Assembly (NCBI GenBank): GCA_965199825.1
Contig: OZ241329.1
Location: forward strand, 1,216,001 to 1,280,000
Origin: Bdellovibrionales bacterium
Lineage (GTDB): Bacteria > Bdellovibrionota > Bdellovibrionia > Bdellovibrionales > UBA1609
Length of the DNA stretch: 64,000 bases
Reading direction: 5' to 3'
Positions 59,482 through 64,000 of this stretch are shown in pieces (positions within the stretch are counted from its first letter, which is position 1; each line of letters begins with the position of its first letter). The notes under the pieces are model-generated. The model was not told the origin of the DNA and ran no database searches. It saw only the letters and a list, made by a program, of their open reading frames with translations. Position numbers and translations under genes: made by a program.

Positions 59482-60128
59482 TTGGTCTTCATGGTTTTGG
59501 TGGGCGCTTTTCTGACTTTGATCAAGTTCAAAAATTTATTGCGATTGAGGGTCCAAATCTTTTTGAGCGTGGCTCACTCGATTCAACTCATGACTTTAAA
59601 TCGTGGACCAAAAATTTTATAGAGCATTACGGTGAGGGGCGACCTTGGCTTTTGGGATATTCGCTCGGAGGCCGATTGGCACTCCATGTGGCCGCGCTGT
59701 ATCCTCAAAAAATCGGTGGAGTGATTGCGATCAGCACTCATCCTGGTCGTTCGCCGGATCCCCAAAGATCTGAATGGGAAACGGATTGGCAAAATATTTT
59801 TTTAAACGATCCGCTCGCGTTTCAAAAATGGCAAACCCAAGAGATTTTTAAAAACACCAAATCCATAAGCATGCATGACCAAGACCGAAAGCTGTTAGCT
59901 CTGAGTTTTACAAATTGGTCTTCGCAAAAACATCTCTTTGATCCGACTGAAATCAAGAATGTCGATTGGGTTGTGGGTGAACACGATGAGATGTATCGCA
60001 AAATTCTATCCGCCTATCATCCAAAAATTATTTTTGGGGCTGGACATCGAATTCATTTGGATGCGCCCCGAGCCTTGGCGGATCATATTCAGACAATTAT
60101 AAATGAAACCAGGAGAACAACATCGTGA
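59454..60128 (+). CDS. menH: SHCHC synthase (alpha/beta hydrolase)
   Basis: LHGFGG, GYSLGGRLAL, GAGHRIH; operon context. Confidence 0.85.
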   Translation: MGQILAQKIIGLHGFGGRFSDFDQVQKFIAIEGPNLFERGSLDSTHDFKSWTKNFIEHYGEGRPWLLGYSLGGRLALHVAALYPQKIGGVIAISTHPGRSPDPQRSEWETDWQNIFLNDPLAFQKWQTQEIFKNTKSISMHDQDRKLLALSFTNWSSQKHLFDPTEIKNVDWVVGEHDEMYRKILSAYHPKIIFGAGHRIHLDAPRALADHIQTIINETRRTTS

Positions 60129-60319
60129 AGACTTTTTTAGAGTTAAAAACCACCGATAATCAAAAGGTTTGGATCCGCAAAGATGCGGTTGAAGCATTAG
60201 AAGAACAACCCTCAACCGCGCGCGCTCCGGGACACATGAAGGTTTATCTTGGATCTTACAAATTTTTAATTCTTGATCACACACCCGATGAGTTGATCAA
60301 AAAAATCGAAGGGGTTTAA
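60125..60319 (+). CDS. Small hypothetical protein within the men operon
   Basis: AGGAG RBS, GTGA overlap with the menH stop, ends 3 bp before menB. Confidence 0.65.
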   Translation: MKTFLELKTTDNQKVWIRKDAVEALEEQPSTARAPGHMKVYLGSYKFLILDHTPDELIKKIEGV

Positions 60320-60322
60320 CAG

Positions 60323-61144
60323 GTGAAAGAGACTTGGATTTCTCTTAAAAAATTTAGCGATATTCTTTATGAACGCACCGAAGATGGGGTTGGCAAAATC
60401 ACCATCAATCGCCCCGAAGTGCGCAATGCTTTTCGCCCACAGACGGTTATCGAATTGCGTGAAGCCTTTGAACTTGCGCGCGAAGATCAAGATATCGGTG
60501 TGGTGATTTTAACCGGCCAAGGTCCCGATGCATTTTGTTCAGGTGGCGATCAAAAGGTGCGCGGTGAGGCAGGCTACATCGGAAAAGATGGCATCCCACG
60601 TTTGAATATCTTGGATGTGCAAAAACAAATTCGCCAAATTCCAAAACCGGTGATCGCGATGGTTGCGGGTTATGCCATTGGGGGTGGACATGTGCTTCAT
60701 GTGGTTTGTGATCTTACCATTGCGGCAGACAATGCGCGATTTGGTCAAACCGGACCAAAAGTTGGATCCTTTGATGGCGGATTAGGATCAAGTTATCTCG
60801 CTCGAATTGTGGGACAAAAAAAAGCACGAGAGATTTGGTATCTGTGTCGTCAGTATGATGCACAACAAGCCCTCGATATGGGACTCGTCAATCATGTGGT
60901 GCCGCTCAAGGAGCTTGAAACAGAAACTTTGAAGTGGGCAAGAGAAATGCTTGAGCATTCGCCACTGGCCCTTCGCTGTTTAAAATCGGCACTCAACGCC
61001 GACTGTGATGGTCAAGTGGGGCTGCTCGATTTTGCGGGCAATGCCACTTTGCTGTACTACATGAGCGAAGAAGCCCGCGAAGGTAAAAATGCATTTGTTG
61101 AAAAACGAAAACCCAATTTTAAAAAATTTCCGCGGCTGCCATGA
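60323..61144 (+). CDS. menB: 1,4-dihydroxy-2-naphthoyl-CoA synthase
   Basis: [32 protein letters not shown]. Confidence 0.97.
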   Translation: MKETWISLKKFSDILYERTEDGVGKITINRPEVRNAFRPQTVIELREAFELAREDQDIGVVILTGQGPDAFCSGGDQKVRGEAGYIGKDGIPRLNILDVQKQIRQIPKPVIAMVAGYAIGGGHVLHVVCDLTIAADNARFGQTGPKVGSFDGGLGSSYLARIVGQKKAREIWYLCRQYDAQQALDMGLVNHVVPLKELETETLKWAREMLEHSPLALRCLKSALNADCDGQVGLLDFAGNATLLYYMSEEAREGKNAFVEKRKPNFKKFPRLP

Positions 61145-62013
61145 AGTTGTGGCTCCTTGCATTTAGGCCCAAAACTTTAACCGCAGCAGTTGTTCCGGTT
61201 GTTGTGGCGTCGGCTTTGGCCTATGCGAGCGATGTGATTTTTGAAATTTGGATTCCAATTTGTGCCATGCTCTCGGCAGTTTTTATTCAAATCGCCACAA
61301 ATCTTTTTAATGATGCCATCGATTTTCACAAAGGGGCTGACACATCCGAAAGAATTGGCCCACGCCGAATCACCGCTAGCGGTGATGCTCACAGTGCGGT
61401 GGTGTTGCGAGGTGCAATTTACTGTTTGGCCATGGCACTGGGTTTTGGAATTCCATTGGTGATTCATGGTGGACTTCTTTTTGTGGGGATTGGACTTGTC
61501 AGTATGTTTTTGGCTTATGGCTATACCGGGGGTCCGTTTCCGCTGGCATATCTTGGGCTTGGCGATTTATTTGTGCTGTTGTTTTTTGGATTTATTGCGG
61601 TAGGTGGCAGTTACTATTTGCTGAGTCTCACATGGTCGATGGATTGCCTTATCGCGGGTTTTCAAATTGGCGCACTCGCAACTGTGCTCATTGCCATAAA
61701 TAATTTGCGCGACAGTCACCAAGATATTTTGGTGGGCAAAAAAACAATGGCGGTGCGATTGGGCAAAACGTTTGTGCGCTACGAAATTGCAACTCTGTAT
61801 ACTGTCACATTTTTTTTGCAGTTGTATTGGTGGCAAAGGGGTTTTGGAGTTGCCGCAGTATTGCCCCTTTTATTTTGGCCATTGGCTTATGCGGTAACAA
61901 AAAGTATTTTTCGTAATGAGCCTTCTGCAATATATAATAAATATTTAGGCCTTTCGGCATTGGTGCATATGGGTTTTGGTTTTAGTTTTGCTCTAGGGCT
62001 TTTTTTATCATGA
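61141..62013 (+). CDS. menA: DHNA polyprenyltransferase
   Basis: [29 protein letters not shown]...KKT. Confidence 0.95.
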   Translation: MKLWLLAFRPKTLTAAVVPVVVASALAYASDVIFEIWIPICAMLSAVFIQIATNLFNDAIDFHKGADTSERIGPRRITASGDAHSAVVLRGAIYCLAMALGFGIPLVIHGGLLFVGIGLVSMFLAYGYTGGPFPLAYLGLGDLFVLLFFGFIAVGGSYYLLSLTWSMDCLIAGFQIGALATVLIAINNLRDSHQDILVGKKTMAVRLGKTFVRYEIATLYTVTFFLQLYWWQRGFGVAAVLPLLFWPLAYAVTKSIFRNEPSAIYNKYLGLSALVHMGFGFSFALGLFLS

Positions 62014-62891
62014 GTCATCAAATTCATATTTATGAGCTCGAAGCTCTTCAGGTTTTAAATGCTCAAACAAAAAGCCTAACCCGCAAGGGGGCACTCCTTT
62101 ACACCGAAGGGGGATATAGCGATATTCATCCTTGGCCTGAGCTGGGCGACCCGGATTTAGAAACGGTGCTGGAACATCGCGGAAAATTGTTTACCCGCGC
62201 CGAGGAGTTGGCGCGGCTCGACGGGAGTGCTCGAGCTCAAGGAATTCAACTTGAAAGTGATGTGCTAGCGTCGCATCGTCTTGTGCGAGATTTGCAAATG
62301 CCATTGAAAGGTTTTGCCGACGATGCGATTTTTAAGCTCAAAGTTTCGGATCAGCGTGAGGCTTTGAAACTCTTTGTGATGCGGCTGAAGTCCACCCAAA
62401 AATTGCGGCTCGATTTTAATGCCAGCCTTACTCCTGATAAATTTAATTTATTTATGGAGGAGACGGGCGATTGGCTGATCCCTCAACTTGATTTTATCGA
62501 GGATCCATGTCCCTATGATCGTGAAACTTACAATCTCTATAAAGATCTGATTGCCTTTGATCGCATTGCGATTCCAGAAGATTTTGAGGCGGCGGTAAAA
62601 GTGGTCAAACCTGTGCGCGAGAATATCGAAAAACAAAAAGCATTTATCCAAAAACGGATTAAGCGCATCGTCTTTACTCACAATATGGATCACCCCTTGG
62701 GCCAGAGAACCGCGCGGGTGTGCGCCTCGCAATTTTATCAAAAATATCCTGAATTTAAAGATGTGGGTGGGCTTGAGAGTTTTGATGGCTACCATCTGCG
62801 TGAAAGTTTAATCGGCGAAGAACAAGAAACCGGATTTGGATTCGATCGCTACCTCAAAGGGCTCGAGTGGCAACCGCTATCGATTGGTTGA
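62010..62891 (+). CDS. menC: o-succinylbenzoate synthase (divergent enolase superfamily)
   Basis: HPWPELGD, FKLKV, RLDFN, IEDP; operon position. Confidence 0.8.
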   Translation: MSHQIHIYELEALQVLNAQTKSLTRKGALLYTEGGYSDIHPWPELGDPDLETVLEHRGKLFTRAEELARLDGSARAQGIQLESDVLASHRLVRDLQMPLKGFADDAIFKLKVSDQREALKLFVMRLKSTQKLRLDFNASLTPDKFNLFMEETGDWLIPQLDFIEDPCPYDRETYNLYKDLIAFDRIAIPEDFEAAVKVVKPVRENIEKQKAFIQKRIKRIVFTHNMDHPLGQRTARVCASQFYQKYPEFKDVGGLESFDGYHLRESLIGEEQETGFGFDRYLKGLEWQPLSIG

Positions 62892-63907
62892 GCGACCAAA
62901 CTCATATTGTTTATAATCCACTATTGAAAATTCAATTTAAACCTCCGGTCGATCTCAAAGGTCATATTTGGATCCGGAGCTCGGGGACAACTGGGGTTGA
63001 AAAATGGATTGCGCTCGGTAAAAAAGCTTTTTTGGCCGCAGCTAAGGCTGCGAACAGTCATGTTGAATCCACCGACAAAGATATTTGGCTCAGTGTCTTG
63101 CCTGATTTTCATGTGGGTGGACTTTCAATTTTTGCCCGCGCTTTTTTATCTGGCGCCAAAGTATTAAAGCAAGACAAGTGGGATGTGGATCAATTTCTAA
63201 AATCTTCAAAAACCGCAACCCTCACCAGTCTTGTGCCCACCCAAGTGAGCGATCTGGTGACGGCGAAGCTCAAAGCCCCCTTAAGCTTAAGGGCAATCAT
63301 CGTGGGGGGTGGAAACTTATCGCAGGATCTCTACCATCGTGCACGAGAGTTGGGTTGGCCGGTGCTGCCGAGCTTTGGAATGACCGAGTGTTGCTCACAA
63401 ATAGCAACTGCAACCTTGGAGACTTTGAATCACAAGGAATATCCGCCTTTGACTTTGCTTTCACATATTGAGGCACGAGCAAGCAATCAGATCTTAGAAA
63501 TTAAAAGCGAGGCTTTGTGCACGGGGATCGCAATCGATAATCAATTTATTAAAACAGGGGATTGGCTGGTGACCCAAGATCGCGCTGAGGTAGATCCCCC
63601 TTTTTTGGTTCCTCTTGGGCGCAGTGATGATCAATTTAAAATCCTTGGCGAGCTGGTGGATCTACATCGTTTGCAGACCTTGATTCCTGAAGTTTACTTG
63701 TTTGTTCTGCCGCACTTAAGAAATCAAAATGAAATTGTTGGAGTAATTGAGCTTAGCCAAGATTTGTGGGAGAGCGAAAATCAAATTCTAGAATTTAATA
63801 AAAAATGTTTGCCCTTTGAGCGCATCACTTCGCTCTATCAAGTGACAAAAATTCCACTTACCCCAATGGGTAAAGTCGAGCGCGCAAGTCTTAAAGCCTT
63901 ATTATAA
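62867..63907 (+). CDS. menE: o-succinylbenzoate--CoA ligase
   Basis: SSGTTG, HVGGLSI, SLVPTQ, FGMTE, GRSDD, GKV. Confidence 0.9.
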   Translation: MATAIDWLSDQTHIVYNPLLKIQFKPPVDLKGHIWIRSSGTTGVEKWIALGKKAFLAAAKAANSHVESTDKDIWLSVLPDFHVGGLSIFARAFLSGAKVLKQDKWDVDQFLKSSKTATLTSLVPTQVSDLVTAKLKAPLSLRAIIVGGGNLSQDLYHRARELGWPVLPSFGMTECCSQIATATLETLNHKEYPPLTLLSHIEARASNQILEIKSEALCTGIAIDNQFIKTGDWLVTQDRAEVDPPFLVPLGRSDDQFKILGELVDLHRLQTLIPEVYLFVLPHLRNQNEIVGVIELSQDLWESENQILEFNKKCLPFERITSLYQVTKIPLTPMGKVERASLKALL

Positions 63908-64000
63908 ATCAAAAAGTTTATTGATACGCTCGCTCGAAGACCAATAAATAATTTCGCGTCGAAAGACTTGTTGTACAAAGCTCTCGAAATAAGTTTTTTC
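63902..64000 (-). CDS. 3' end of a truncated minus-strand CDS
   Basis: Open frame ...EKTYFESFVQQVFRREIIYWSSSERINKLFDL* converging on menE; too short to identify. Confidence 0.3.
   Translation of the reverse strand, partial: EKTYFESFVQQVFRREIIYWSSSERINKLFDL

Noticed and set aside
329..63482. Numerous 60-150 aa ORFs antisense to or nested in identified genes
   Set aside because: Shadow ORFs with no motifs or RBS support.

Overview
Chromosomal window from a Bdellovibrionota (Bdellovibrio-like) bacterium. The assignment is inferred from an MglA GTPase with Ser21 directly after recR and without mglB, a TIGR02147-type protein, and a joint aro/men cluster. The housekeeping backbone is SRP RNA-dnaX-ybaB-recR-mglA, glutamine synthetase III, srkA, an ABC-F ATPase, valS, rnr, a UbiB-like kinase, mpg/ung, a full shikimate pathway (aroB, aroA, an aroK-aroD-aroE triple fusion, aroC, aroF) and menFDHBACE plus menG. 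Four accessory signals stand out. (1) At least eight unrelated signal-peptide proteins share a terminal C-x-x-x-L tag, and several carry normally cytoplasmic nucleic-acid-directed domains: tandem OmpR-type winged helices, a phage T5 A1-like metallo-nuclease and a HAD phosphatase. This is a candidate prey-directed effector/secretion system. (2) Two paralogous HNH endonuclease loci share a TGTCGTGCCCGC motif; one is preceded by a 9-unit, ~56-bp dual-block array and the other is broken by a single amber codon. (3) A RAYT/IS200-like HUH transposase has its own upstream repeated motif. (4) A candidate structured minus-strand sRNA has a C11 loop. All family calls come from motif recognition by eye; no database searches were run.
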